This document shows, piece after piece, positions 35,638-44,829 of a DNA stretch of 64,000 nucleotides. Below the pieces are notes generated by a model that searched no databases, was not told the origin of the DNA, and was given only the letters and a program-made list of their open reading frames with translations. This DNA comes from an uncultured Actinomycetes bacterium. GTDB lineage: Bacteria; Actinomycetota; UBA4738; HRBIN12. Location of the stretch: the NCBI GenBank assembly GCA_963790335.1, contig CAWBOB010000007.1, forward strand, positions 161,069-225,068. Direction: 5' to 3'. Each line of letters starts with the position of its first letter. Position 1 is the stretch's first letter. Made by a program: the position numbers and the translations under genes.

Positions 35638-37994
35638 GGCTCCGCTCCTTCCTGCTCCTGTGCGTCTGCCGGCCTCTCGGCGGCAGCCGACGCTGCCTCT
35701 GCCTCCGCGATACACGAAAGCACGCGTTCGGGTGTGATGGGAAGGGTCCTCGGCCGCACCCCGATCGCGTCGGCGATCGCCGCTGGGATCGCTCCGAGCG
35801 GCGGACCGATCGGAGGTTCGCCGATGCCCCTCGCGCCGAAGGGTCCGAGACCCTCGCCCGACTCGAGGATCACGGTCTCGATGTCGGGCACGTCGGTCGC
35901 CGTGGGGATCAGGTACTGGAAGAGTCCCGGCGTGAGGTTCACGCCGTCCTGCATCGCGACCTCCTCGAGCAGGACCTGCCCGATGCCCTGCACGGCGGCG
36001 CCCGAGATCTGCCCCTCGACGCTCAGCGGGTTGATGGCGCGGCCCACGTCGTGGGCGGCGACGTAGCGCACCAACCGGACCTCCCCCGTATCGACGTCGA
36101 CCTCGACGTCGGCCAGGTGCGTGCCGAACGTGAAGTCGGGGAAGATCCGCCCGCCCTCCAGGTCGCGGGTCACCTCGTGCCCCTTGGGTCCGAAGTGCGT
36201 GCCGAGCGCCTCGATCGGCACGTTGCGCCGACGACAGAGCTGCAGCACGTCGACGAGCGCGGTGGTGGCGTCGGCACCCACGATGCCGTCGGGCGTGATG
36301 CGGAGCGAGCCGACGGGCTGTGCGGTCTCGTCGGCAACCGCGCCGAGCAGGCGATCACGGAGCATCGTCGCCGCCTCGTAGGTGGCGTTGCCCGACATGA
36401 GCAGCTGGCGCGTCGCCGTCGTCGTTCCGGCCAGGGGCGTGAGCGCGCTGTCGCCGAAGTGCACGCTGATGCGGTCGATGTCGACGGCGAGGATCTCCGA
36501 GGCGATCTGACCGAGCGACGAAGCTTGGCCGCCGCCGATGTCGGGCACGCCGCACCGCACGGTGAGCGAGCCGTCCATCTGGAAGCCGATCCAGGCCGCC
36601 GCGGAATCGTTGAGCCACACCAGCCGGCCGTAGGACTGCATGTTGCAGGCGATCGCCCGCCCGATCCGCTTCCGAGGACCGCTGGGTGCAGGCTTGTCCC
36701 CGGCGCGCTCACGCACGGCGTCGATCGTCTGCGGCAGCTGCACCTCGGTGATCAGCTCCTGCCCGACCGGCAACCGATCGCCGCGGACCAGCGCGTTCCG
36801 CTTGCGGATCTCGCCCGGATCGACGGCGAGGCGTCTCGCGAGCTCGTCGATCTGGGATTCGTACCCGAGCACCATCTGCATGCCCCCGAAGCCTCGGAAC
36901 GCCGACGTCGGCGGGTTGTTCGTGTACGCCGTGCGCGCCCGGATGCGCACGTCGGCCACCCGGTACGGGCCACACGCGTGCACGGTCGAGTAGAGGAGCA
37001 CGAGAGCCGACAGGTACGCGTACGCTCCGGCGTCGGAGACGATGTCGATGTCGTGCGCCGTGAGCGTGCCGTCGGACGAGGCCGCGGTGCGATAGCGCAT
37101 CACGTTGCGGTGGCGCTTCGCGCGAGCCAGCAGCGACTCGTTGCGGGTCCACTGCATGCGGACGGGCCGCCCGGTGTGCCAGACACCGAGCGCGATGTAC
37201 GGCTCGACCGTCATGTCTTCCTTGCCGCCGAACCCGCCACCGACGTACGGAGCGATGACCCGCACCTTGGAGTCGGCGACCCCCAGGATCTTCGCGACGT
37301 CGCGATAGTGCTCGACCACCTGGGTCGCGACCCGCAGGGTCAGCACGCCGTCGTCGTCGAGCCACCCCACGCCCGCCTCAGGCTCCAGGTAGGCGTGATC
37401 GACGAACTGGGTGCGGTACTCGCCCTCCACGACGACATCGGCCCGATCGAAGGCGGCCTCGACGTCGCCCCGGTCGATCCGCCATTCCGCCAGCAGGTTG
37501 CCACCCTCGTGCACCTCGACCGCGTCGTCGGCGAGCGCGTGCTCTGGGTCGCTCACGACCGGCAGCTCATCGAGCTCGATCTCCACGAGCTCGCGCGCGA
37601 TGGCGAGCGCGTCCTCGGTCTCGGCGATCACCAAGGCGACCGGCTCCCCGTGGAAGCGGACCCGGTCCGTCGCGAGCACCTGCATCGTTGCCTTCAGGGC
37701 TCCCACGGCGACCGTCTGACCCGGCACGTCGACCCGGATCTCGTTGTTGGGCACGTCTTCGCCGAACAGCACCGCCACGACGCCGGGCACGGCCCTCGCC
37801 GCGTCGGCGTCGCGGCGAGTGATCGTCGCGCTCGGTGCCTGCGACCTCACGAGGCACGCGTGCAGCATGCCGCTGAAGGCGAGGTCGCCCGCGTACCTCG
37901 TGGTGCCTGCGATCTTCTCGGCCTGATCGTGGCGGGCCAGCGGCTGGTGCACCACGCGGAGCTCATCGAGCTTCGACGTGCGCACCTCGCTCAC
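35634..37994 (-). CDS. Molybdopterin-binding large subunit of a xanthine dehydrogenase/CoxL-family hydroxylase
   Basis: ~786 aa from GTG 37994 (GTGA overlap with the CoxS stop). GGGFGGKE motif, typical length. Confidence 0.9.
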   Translation of the reverse strand: MSEVRTSKLDELRVVHQPLARHDQAEKIAGTTRYAGDLAFSGMLHACLVRSQAPSATITRRDADAARAVPGVVAVLFGEDVPNNEIRVDVPGQTVAVGALKATMQVLATDRVRFHGEPVALVIAETEDALAIARELVEIELDELPVVSDPEHALADDAVEVHEGGNLLAEWRIDRGDVEAAFDRADVVVEGEYRTQFVDHAYLEPEAGVGWLDDDGVLTLRVATQVVEHYRDVAKILGVADSKVRVIAPYVGGGFGGKEDMTVEPYIALGVWHTGRPVRMQWTRNESLLARAKRHRNVMRYRTAASSDGTLTAHDIDIVSDAGAYAYLSALVLLYSTVHACGPYRVADVRIRARTAYTNNPPTSAFRGFGGMQMVLGYESQIDELARRLAVDPGEIRKRNALVRGDRLPVGQELITEVQLPQTIDAVRERAGDKPAPSGPRKRIGRAIACNMQSYGRLVWLNDSAAAWIGFQMDGSLTVRCGVPDIGGGQASSLGQIASEILAVDIDRISVHFGDSALTPLAGTTTATRQLLMSGNATYEAATMLRDRLLGAVADETAQPVGSLRITPDGIVGADATTALVDVLQLCRRRNVPIEALGTHFGPKGHEVTRDLEGGRIFPDFTFGTHLADVEVDVDTGEVRLVRYVAAHDVGRAINPLSVEGQISGAAVQGIGQVLLEEVAMQDGVNLTPGLFQYLIPTATDVPDIETVILESGEGLGPFGARGIGEPPIGPPLGAIPAAIADAIGVRPRTLPITPERVLSCIAEAEAASAAAERPADAQEQEGAEP

Positions 37995-38476
37995 GGTCGC
38001 GACCCCTGCGCTGCCTCGATCGCGTCGACGATCGGACCGTAGCCGGTGCATCGACAGAGGTTGCCGTGCAAGGCGTCCCTGATCTCGTCACGGTCGAGCG
38101 CGCGATCGGCGTGGGCGAGCAGCGAGGTGGCGCACATAAGCATGCCCGGGGTGCAGAACCCGCACTGGGCCGCGTGACGCTCGTGGAAGGCCCGCTGCAA
38201 GGGGCCGAGCGAACCGTCGGGCTCGCACAGGCCGGCCGCGGTCGTGATCACCGCGCCGTCGAGCTGGGCCGCGAGCACGATGCACGACGAGACCGGCTCG
38301 CCGTCGACCAGCACCGTGCAGCTGCCGCACACGCCTTCACCGCAGCCGTACTTGGGATCGGTGACGCCGGCGGCGTCGCGGAGCCATCGCAGCAGGGAGA
38401 GGTGAGCGCCCGCCGTCCTGGTCACGGTCGTGCCGTTCACGTCGAGGGAGGTCGTCAGGTCGTGGCGCTCGGTCAT
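37991..38476 (-). CDS. [2Fe-2S]-binding small subunit (CoxS-like)
   Basis: 161 aa. CGEGVCGSCTV and CGFCTPG...CRCTGY cluster motifs. Confidence 0.9.
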   Translation of the reverse strand: MTERHDLTTSLDVNGTTVTRTAGAHLSLLRWLRDAAGVTDPKYGCGEGVCGSCTVLVDGEPVSSCIVLAAQLDGAVITTAAGLCEPDGSLGPLQRAFHERHAAQCGFCTPGMLMCATSLLAHADRALDRDEIRDALHGNLCRCTGYGPIVDAIEAAQGSRP

Positions 38477-39333
38477 GCGGCTCGTCCTCGTGCTGCGGCA
38501 TCGGCGAGGGCGCGCACGGCGAGCACCCGGGCGAGGTGGGCTCGGTGCTCGGCACTCGCGCTGGTGTCGGTGACCGCCTGGAGCCCCTCGACTGGACCGA
38601 TGCGGTCGTCGAGCTCGCTCGGCTCGGCGCCGCTCGTCGCGGCCTCGATCTCGCCGATGCGGATCGGTCGCTCGTGCACCCCGCCGAGCGCGAGCCGCGC
38701 CTCGACGATGCGTCCGTCGGCGACCCGGGCGAGGGCGGCGGCGGCGGCGATCGCGAAGTCGCCCTTGCGCCGCGAGATCTCGGCGAAACCCCATCCCCAC
38801 CCGGGGCCCAAGGCGGGCACGCGCACCGAGGCGATCAGCTCGTCGTCGGCGAGCGCACTCGTGAAGTACGAGACGTGGAACTCGTCGGCCCGCACCACGC
38901 GCGTGCCGGCGCCGGTCGTGAGCTCGTACTCGGCGCCGAGCGCCGTCATCACGAGTGGAAGCTCGGCCGCCGGGTCGGAGTGCGCGAGCGAGCCGCCGAG
39001 CGTTCCCCTCGTGCGGATGCGGGCGGAACCGATCCACGAGGCCGCGGCCGGCACGAGAGGCTGGTGCGCGAGCAGGGTCTCGTCGCGCTCGAGGTCTCGA
39101 TGACGCGTGAGTGCGCCGATCGTGATGAACCCGTCGTCGAGCCGCACGCCTCGCGCCTCGCGCACGCGGCCGAGGTCGATGACCGAGTCGAGATCCAGCA
39201 ACCCGAGGTTCGCCAGCGGCAGCAGGCTCTGCCCACCCGCGATGACCTTCGCCGCGCCCCGCGCCTCGCGCAGCATGTCGCACGCCGCGCCGAGCGAGTC
39301 CGCCCGCTCGTACCGGAACGGCTTCACGAGCAC
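38473..39333 (-). CDS. FAD-binding medium subunit (CoxM-like)
   Basis: 286 aa. KVIAGGQSLLP and TLGGSLAH motifs. Confidence 0.9.
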   Translation of the reverse strand: MLVKPFRYERADSLGAACDMLREARGAAKVIAGGQSLLPLANLGLLDLDSVIDLGRVREARGVRLDDGFITIGALTRHRDLERDETLLAHQPLVPAAASWIGSARIRTRGTLGGSLAHSDPAAELPLVMTALGAEYELTTGAGTRVVRADEFHVSYFTSALADDELIASVRVPALGPGWGWGFAEISRRKGDFAIAAAAALARVADGRIVEARLALGGVHERPIRIGEIEAATSGAEPSELDDRIGPVEGLQAVTDTSASAEHRAHLARVLAVRALADAAARGRAA

Positions 39334-39346
39334 GGAGCGCTCCCGC

Positions 39347-40640
39347 TCATCGTGCCGGTGCGGTCTCGGCCCCGTCGACGGTCGCCGGGGCGCGCTGGAG
39401 GTCGTCGAGCGCGCCCGACAGGCCGTTGACGAGCTCGTCGACCTCGTCGTCGGCGAGCACCAACGGCGGCGAGACGTGGATCGCTCCCGTCGCGAGCGTG
39501 CGGGTCATCACCCCGTTGGCCCGGCACGCGGGTACGACACCCGCGAGCAGTCCGGGGTCCGCCGCCAGCCGCGCGGGGTCGAGCTGCACGGCCGCGAGCA
39601 CGCCCGTTCCCGCACGGATCTCACTCACGAGGTCGTGGCTCGCCAGCGCGCCGAGGCCCTCGGCGAGCGCGCCCTCGAGCTCGACAGCGCGCGCGAGCAG
39701 GTGCTCGCGCTCGATGATCTCGAGGTTCGCGATCGCGGCCGCGGCGACTGCGGCGTGACCCGAGTACGTGTAGCCGTGGCGCCACATGCCGGCACCCTCG
39801 GCGTAGAAGGGCTCCCAGACGACGGGCGCTGCGATGACCGCCCCGAGGGGCAGGTACCCGCTCGTGATGCCTTTCGCACACGTCACGATGTCGGGCTCCA
39901 GGTGCCAGCGGGTGCTCGCGAACCAGTCTCCGGTCCGGCCGAATCCGGTGATCACCTCGTCGGCGATGAACAGCACGCCCGCGTCGCGGCACGCCCGCCG
40001 GACCGAGTCGAGGTAGCCGCTCGGAGGCGCGAACACACCGCCCGCCCCGATGACCGGCTCGCAGAAGAACGCCGCAGCGGTGCCGTCGAGCCGCTCGATG
40101 GTCTCGCTCAGCGCGTCGGCGTCGTCCCAGGCGAACCTCCGCCACGTCGGCGAGCAGGGTGCCGTGCCCTTCGGCGTTCGCGGGCAGGCCACCGAGCGAT
40201 GTTCCGGCCGCGTGCATGCCGTGATAGGCGCGCTCGCGACGGATGAAGACACGCCGCTCCGGTTGCCCGCGCAGATGCCAGTACCGGCGGACCATCTTGG
40301 TCGCCGTGTCGATCGAGTCCGAGCCGCCGCTCGTCAGGAACACCTTCGACCCCGCCACCGGGGCGAGGCTCGCCACGCGCTCGACGAGCTCGGCCACCGC
40401 CGGGTTGGTGAGGTCCTGGAAGGTCGAGAACGCCTCGAGCTCACGCATCTGCTTCGCGACCGCCTCGGCGATCTCGGTGCGTCCGTGCCCCACGTTGCAG
40501 TACCACAGGCTCGCCGTCGCATCGAGGTAGCGCCGTCCGCCTGCGTCCCAGACATGGGAGCCCTCGCCCCGCACGATGGAGAGCTCGCCCGCGGCCTCCA
40601 CTGCCCCCATGTCGGCGAACGGGTGCCAGTACGAGCTCAT
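39347..40640 (-). pseudogene. Class III (omega-type) aminotransferase, frameshifted as sequenced
   Basis: N-terminus is in ORF 39621..40640 (MSSYWHPFADMG...LWYCNVGHGR...SGGSDS). C-terminus is in ORF 39347..40252 (AAFFCEPVIGAGG...IADEVITGFGRTG...TCAKGITSGY). The switch is at ~40130-40135. Removing one base gives AEVRWDDADAL. Confidence 0.8.
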
Positions 40641-41596
40641 CGGTGCTCACCTTCGGGCCGTGCCGGCGTGAGATCGGGCAACGACGGCGCGATCGCCGGC
40701 GTCCACCCCGGCTCGAGGCCGAGCACACGCTCCGGGTTGCGCTTCGTCATCTTCTCGAGGTACTCGAACGGAACGCCGACGCCGAGCAGGGCCGCGAGCA
40801 GCATGCGCAGACCTTCGGGGTGGGGCGGTCCCGCGAACTGGCCGAGGTCGGAACCGAGCACGAGATGCTCGCCTTCGAGCTCGACGATCCACTCCGCGAG
40901 CTCGCCGGGCTGCTGCTCCCAGAAGATCGGGGACACGCACGAGCAGGCGACGTACTCGATCGTCGCGCCGTCGGCGATCAGCTCCTTCTGCACCGACACG
41001 TCGAGCTTGCAGAGCGACCAGTTCGCGTGGGTCACGATGAATCGGGTCACCCCCGCCTCGTTCGCCGCGGCCTGCAACGCGCGGATCTCGGGCAGCGACA
41101 GATGACCGGTGGCGAGCGCCACGTCGTTCGCTGCCACGACCTCGCAGATCGTGCGCGCTTCCTTCGTCAGTGTCGAGCCGTCGTCTTCGAAGACGGTGAC
41201 ACCCTCGCCGGGCAGCTGCGGCTTGGGGCGGCCGAACTGTGGGTAGTCGGGCATGTCGAAGTACTCGGCGTGGTACTTGGAGTGGTTCGATGGCATCCAC
41301 ACGACCCGAGCTCCATAGTGGATCGCCGACTCCGCCACATAGGGGTTCAGCCCGCCCACCGAGCGGTTCAGCACGACGGCGCCGAACGACTCGACCTCGG
41401 GGAACATGCGGTTCACGTAGTAGGCGCGCCCCGTGGTCGAGGCGTCGTGATCCTTGAGCACGAAGCCGCGCATGCCGTACCGGATCGCGAACTCGGCGAG
41501 CGCCGCGTCGTCGATGTGACGCTGGAAGAGCGCCGGCCCGGTGTGCGCGTGCATGTCGATCGCTCCGCGCAGGAGCTCGAGATCGGGTCGGTCCAT
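40637..41596 (-). CDS. Amidohydrolase-fold (TIM-barrel metal-dependent hydrolase) protein of unassigned specificity
   Basis: 319 aa. N-terminal IDMHAHTGP (HxH). ATGA overlap with the aminotransferase start. Confidence 0.7.
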   Translation of the reverse strand: MDRPDLELLRGAIDMHAHTGPALFQRHIDDAALAEFAIRYGMRGFVLKDHDASTTGRAYYVNRMFPEVESFGAVVLNRSVGGLNPYVAESAIHYGARVVWMPSNHSKYHAEYFDMPDYPQFGRPKPQLPGEGVTVFEDDGSTLTKEARTICEVVAANDVALATGHLSLPEIRALQAAANEAGVTRFIVTHANWSLCKLDVSVQKELIADGATIEYVACSCVSPIFWEQQPGELAEWIVELEGEHLVLGSDLGQFAGPPHPEGLRMLLAALLGVGVPFEYLEKMTKRNPERVLGLEPGWTPAIAPSLPDLTPARPEGEHR

Positions 41597-41610
41597 CGCG
41601 ACTTCCTGTT

Positions 41611-41629
41611 CTTCTCGCTGAATGAGAAG
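41611..41629. promoter_or_regulatory. Dyad CTTCTC-N7-GAGAAG in the divergent promoter region (candidate IclR operator)
   Basis: Read from the sequence. The nearby imperfect dyad ATTTCGA-N10-TCGGAAT lies in the same 124-bp, less GC-rich gap (41597-41720). Confidence 0.3.
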
Positions 41630-41720
41630 CTATTTCGACTGCCGAGATTCGGAATGGTACCATCCCCGGGACGGCGGCACACCGACGCCGCCGACCCACC
41701 CCGCGAGGAGCCGTTCGCCG

Positions 41721-43148
41721 ATGCCGACCGCCCCACCCGTCACGCCACTGGTGGTCGCGGGCGACGACGTCGCCGACGGCGAGCGGGTGGAGGTCCGCTC
41801 CCCGTGGGACGGCCGCCTCGTCGGGTCGGTCCCGTGGCTCGGCCCCGACGCAGCCCGAGCCTCGATCGACGCGGCCTGGCGCGCGATGCAGACGGGCCTC
41901 GCCGCCTGGGAGCGGGCGGAGATCCTCGACCGCGTGGCCGCCGAGGTCCGGGAACGACGCGAGCAGTACGGACGCATGATCTCCGATGAGAACGGCAAAC
42001 CGTACACGCTGGCCCTCGCCGAGGCCGACCGCTGCGTGCAGACGCTGATCTTCTCCGCGGCCGAGGCACGTACCCTCGCCGGCCGCGGCGTGCCGCTCGA
42101 CGCGCACCCCGCAGGGGCCGGTCACCTGGGGTTCACGGTGCGCGTCCCCGTCGGCGTGGTGGCGGCGATCACACCGTTCAACTTCCCGCTCACCCTCGCC
42201 GCGCACAAGATCGGGCCCGCCGTCGCCGCGGGATGCGGGGTGGTGTTGAAGCCCGCCGACAAGGCGCCGCTCGCCGCGATCGAGCTGGTGCGCGCGTTCC
42301 ATCGAGCCGGACTTCCTCCGGCCTGGATGTCGGTCGTGGTCGGCGACCCTGCTCCGATCGCCGATGCGTTGATCGCCGACGACCGCGTCGGCTTGCTGAC
42401 CTTCACCGGGTCGGCGGCGCTGGGCTGGCAGCTCAAGGCGAAAGCGGCGCGCAAGCGGGTGACCCTGGAGCTCGGCAACTCGACACCGGTGATCGTCTGC
42501 GCCGACGCCGACGTCGACATCGCGGCGACGATGTCGGCCGCGAGTGCCTACGCGTTCGCCGGACAGTCGTGCATCAGCGTGCAGCGGGCGATCGTGCACC
42601 GTGACGTGCACGGCGCGTTCGTCGATCGGCTCGCGGAGGCTGCCGAGGCCCAGCGGGCCGGCGACCCGTCGGACCCCAAGACCGATCTCGGGCCCGCGAT
42701 CACCCGGCAGGCCCGCGACCGCGTGGTGGCCTCGGTCGAGGCCTCGGTGGAAGCAGGGGCTCGTCGGCTGACCGGTGGCACCTTCGGCGACGGCCACCTC
42801 CGGCCCGTGGTGCTCGACTCGGTCGCCACCGACCAGGCCGTCTGGAAGCACGAGATCTTCGGGCCCGTCGTCGCCGTCACCGCGTTCGACGCGCTCGACG
42901 AGGCGATCGAACTCGCGAACGGCACCGAGTACGGCCTGCAGGCGGGCATCTTCACCCGCGACCTGCCGAGCGCACTGGCGGCCATCGGCGAGCTCCGATT
43001 CGGAAGCGTGACGATCAATCAGGCGCCGCAGTTCCGGGTCGATCAGATGCCCTATGGGGGCACCAAGGCGTCGGGTAACACCAAGGAAGGACCGCACGAC
43101 GCGGTCCGCGAGATGACCGAGGAGCGGATGGTCGTCGTTCGCCTGTAG
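41721..43148 (+). CDS. NAD(P)-dependent aldehyde dehydrogenase
   Basis: ATG 41721 follows SD gaggag. TPFNFPL, LELGNSTP and FAGQSCISVQR (catalytic Cys). 475 aa. Confidence 0.9.
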   Translation: MPTAPPVTPLVVAGDDVADGERVEVRSPWDGRLVGSVPWLGPDAARASIDAAWRAMQTGLAAWERAEILDRVAAEVRERREQYGRMISDENGKPYTLALAEADRCVQTLIFSAAEARTLAGRGVPLDAHPAGAGHLGFTVRVPVGVVAAITPFNFPLTLAAHKIGPAVAAGCGVVLKPADKAPLAAIELVRAFHRAGLPPAWMSVVVGDPAPIADALIADDRVGLLTFTGSAALGWQLKAKAARKRVTLELGNSTPVIVCADADVDIAATMSAASAYAFAGQSCISVQRAIVHRDVHGAFVDRLAEAAEAQRAGDPSDPKTDLGPAITRQARDRVVASVEASVEAGARRLTGGTFGDGHLRPVVLDSVATDQAVWKHEIFGPVVAVTAFDALDEAIELANGTEYGLQAGIFTRDLPSALAAIGELRFGSVTINQAPQFRVDQMPYGGTKASGNTKEGPHDAVREMTEERMVVVRL

Positions 43149-43163
43149 GGCGAGGACCGCGCG

Positions 43164-44033
43164 ATGGTGTCCACGGCGAAGACAGCCACGGAGCGCACGG
43201 GCTCGGTTCCGGTCGCGGAGGCGGCACCGTTCCGGGTGCTCGACCGCACGTTCTCGATCCTGGAGCTGTTCGATGAGGATCACACCGACTGGAACGCCTC
43301 GGAGGTCGCCCGGGCGGTCGGGCTGCCGGTGCCGACCGCCCACCGCATCCTCACCGCGCTGAAGCACCGGGGCTACGTGAGCCAGGACGACACGTCCAAG
43401 CGCTTCAGGCTCGGCGTGTCGTCGATGCGGCTCGGTGATCGCGCGCGCTCGGTCGTCGACCTGCGGAGCGTCGCGCTGCCCGTGCTGCAGCGCCTCGCCG
43501 AGCACGCCGGCGAGACGGCCCTGCTCACCGTCGTCTCACCCGATCGCGCCACTGGGTCATGCCTCGAGCGCGTGGAGTCCTCACAGCCGCTGCGCCTGTC
43601 GGTGTCACCGGGGCGGCAGCTCCCCCTGCACGCCGGGGCATCGCAGAAAGCCTTGCTCGCGTTCATGAGCGAGCGCGAGATCGAGGTGAACCTCGGCGCG
43701 AAGCTCGACCGGCTCTGCGAGGCGACGATCACCGATCCGGTCGCGATGCGCGCAGAGCTCGCGCGCATCAGACGCCGAGGCTGGGCGGGCAGCTTCGAGG
43801 AGACCAACGTGGGGGTATGGGGCGTGGCGGTCCCGGTGCTCGGCGACGAGGACGTGATCTGCGCCGTCGGAGTCGCGGGGCCGAGCGCGCGTCTGTCGGC
43901 GACGAACGTGCGCACCGACATCGAGCTGGTCCACGCCGCGGCTCTCGAGATCGCAGCGCCGCTCGGCCTGCGGGTGCCGCCGCTCCGAGACACGCGGGCA
44001 CGCATCGATAGCAGGAGGCGAGGGAGATCATGA
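43164..44033 (+). CDS. IclR family transcriptional regulator
   Basis: 289 aa. N-terminal wHTH (LDRTFSILELF...EVARAVGLPVPTAHRILTAL) plus an IclR effector domain. Confidence 0.9.
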   Translation: MVSTAKTATERTGSVPVAEAAPFRVLDRTFSILELFDEDHTDWNASEVARAVGLPVPTAHRILTALKHRGYVSQDDTSKRFRLGVSSMRLGDRARSVVDLRSVALPVLQRLAEHAGETALLTVVSPDRATGSCLERVESSQPLRLSVSPGRQLPLHAGASQKALLAFMSEREIEVNLGAKLDRLCEATITDPVAMRAELARIRRRGWAGSFEETNVGVWGVAVPVLGDEDVICAVGVAGPSARLSATNVRTDIELVHAAALEIAAPLGLRVPPLRDTRARIDSRRRGRS

Positions 44034-44829
44034 ACGGAACCGAGCGACCACTGCGAGGCAAGGTGGCGATCGTCACGGGCGCGGCCAAGGGGATCGGCGG
44101 CGTCGTCACCGAGCACCTCGCCCGCGACGGCGCCCACGTGGTGCTCGTGGGTCGCACGGCGGCCGCGCTCGATGAGCACGCGCGAGGCGTGGACCAGCGC
44201 TACCCCGACCGCCAGAGCCTGGTGGTCACCTGCGATGTCACCGACGAGGCCGACGTAGAGTCCATGGTCGTGGCGGTGACCGGGCGCTTCGGCGGCATCG
44301 ACATCCTCGTGAACACCGCCGGGGGTACCGGTCCCATCGAGACTCCGGCGCAGTCGTATCCGGCCGAGGAGCTCCGCGCCATCTTGGACCTGAACGTCGT
44401 GGGGACCTTCCTCCCTGTAAGCACGTGATCCCGCACATGATCGCTGGAGGCGGTGGACGCATCGTGAACATCGCGGGCACCTCGGGCCTGCGCGGATACC
44501 GCAACCGCAGCGGCTATTCCGCCTCGAAGTGGGCCGTCCGCGGCCTGACCCGTACCCTCGCGCTCGAGCTCGGCCCGCACGACATCACCGTCAACGATGT
44601 CTGCCCGAACGTCACGCACGGAGCCCGCATGGACACGATCGTCGCCACGAAGGCCGCAGCGCTCGGCACCACCCCCGAGCAGGTCTATGCCGACTTCGCC
44701 TCTCAGACCGCGCTCGGCCGGTTCGTCGACGAGGAGGACATCGCCTGCTCGATCGACTTCCTGGTCTCGGAGGGAGCGCGCAATATCACCGGCCACGACA
44801 TCGTGGTCGACGCCGGCTGGGACGTGTGA
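44030..44829 (+). pseudogene. SDR family oxidoreductase, frameshifted as sequenced
   Basis: ORF 44030..44428 (KVAIVTGAAKGIGG...NTAG) plus ORF 44425..44829 (YSASKWAVRGLT...GHDIVVDAG). The junction is at 44411-44416. Adding one C gives GTFLPCKHVIPHM. Confidence 0.8.

Noticed and set aside
33649-38042. Two 805-aa and 663-aa plus-strand ORFs
   Set aside because: They are antisense to the P450, aminotransferase and CoxL genes. No motifs are present, and they are GC-driven open frames.
40647-43505. 952-aa minus-strand ORF
   Set aside because: It is antisense to the amidohydrolase-frame neighbour, the ALDH and IclR. It has an Arg-rich low-complexity translation, and the real genes on the opposite strand and frame are well supported.
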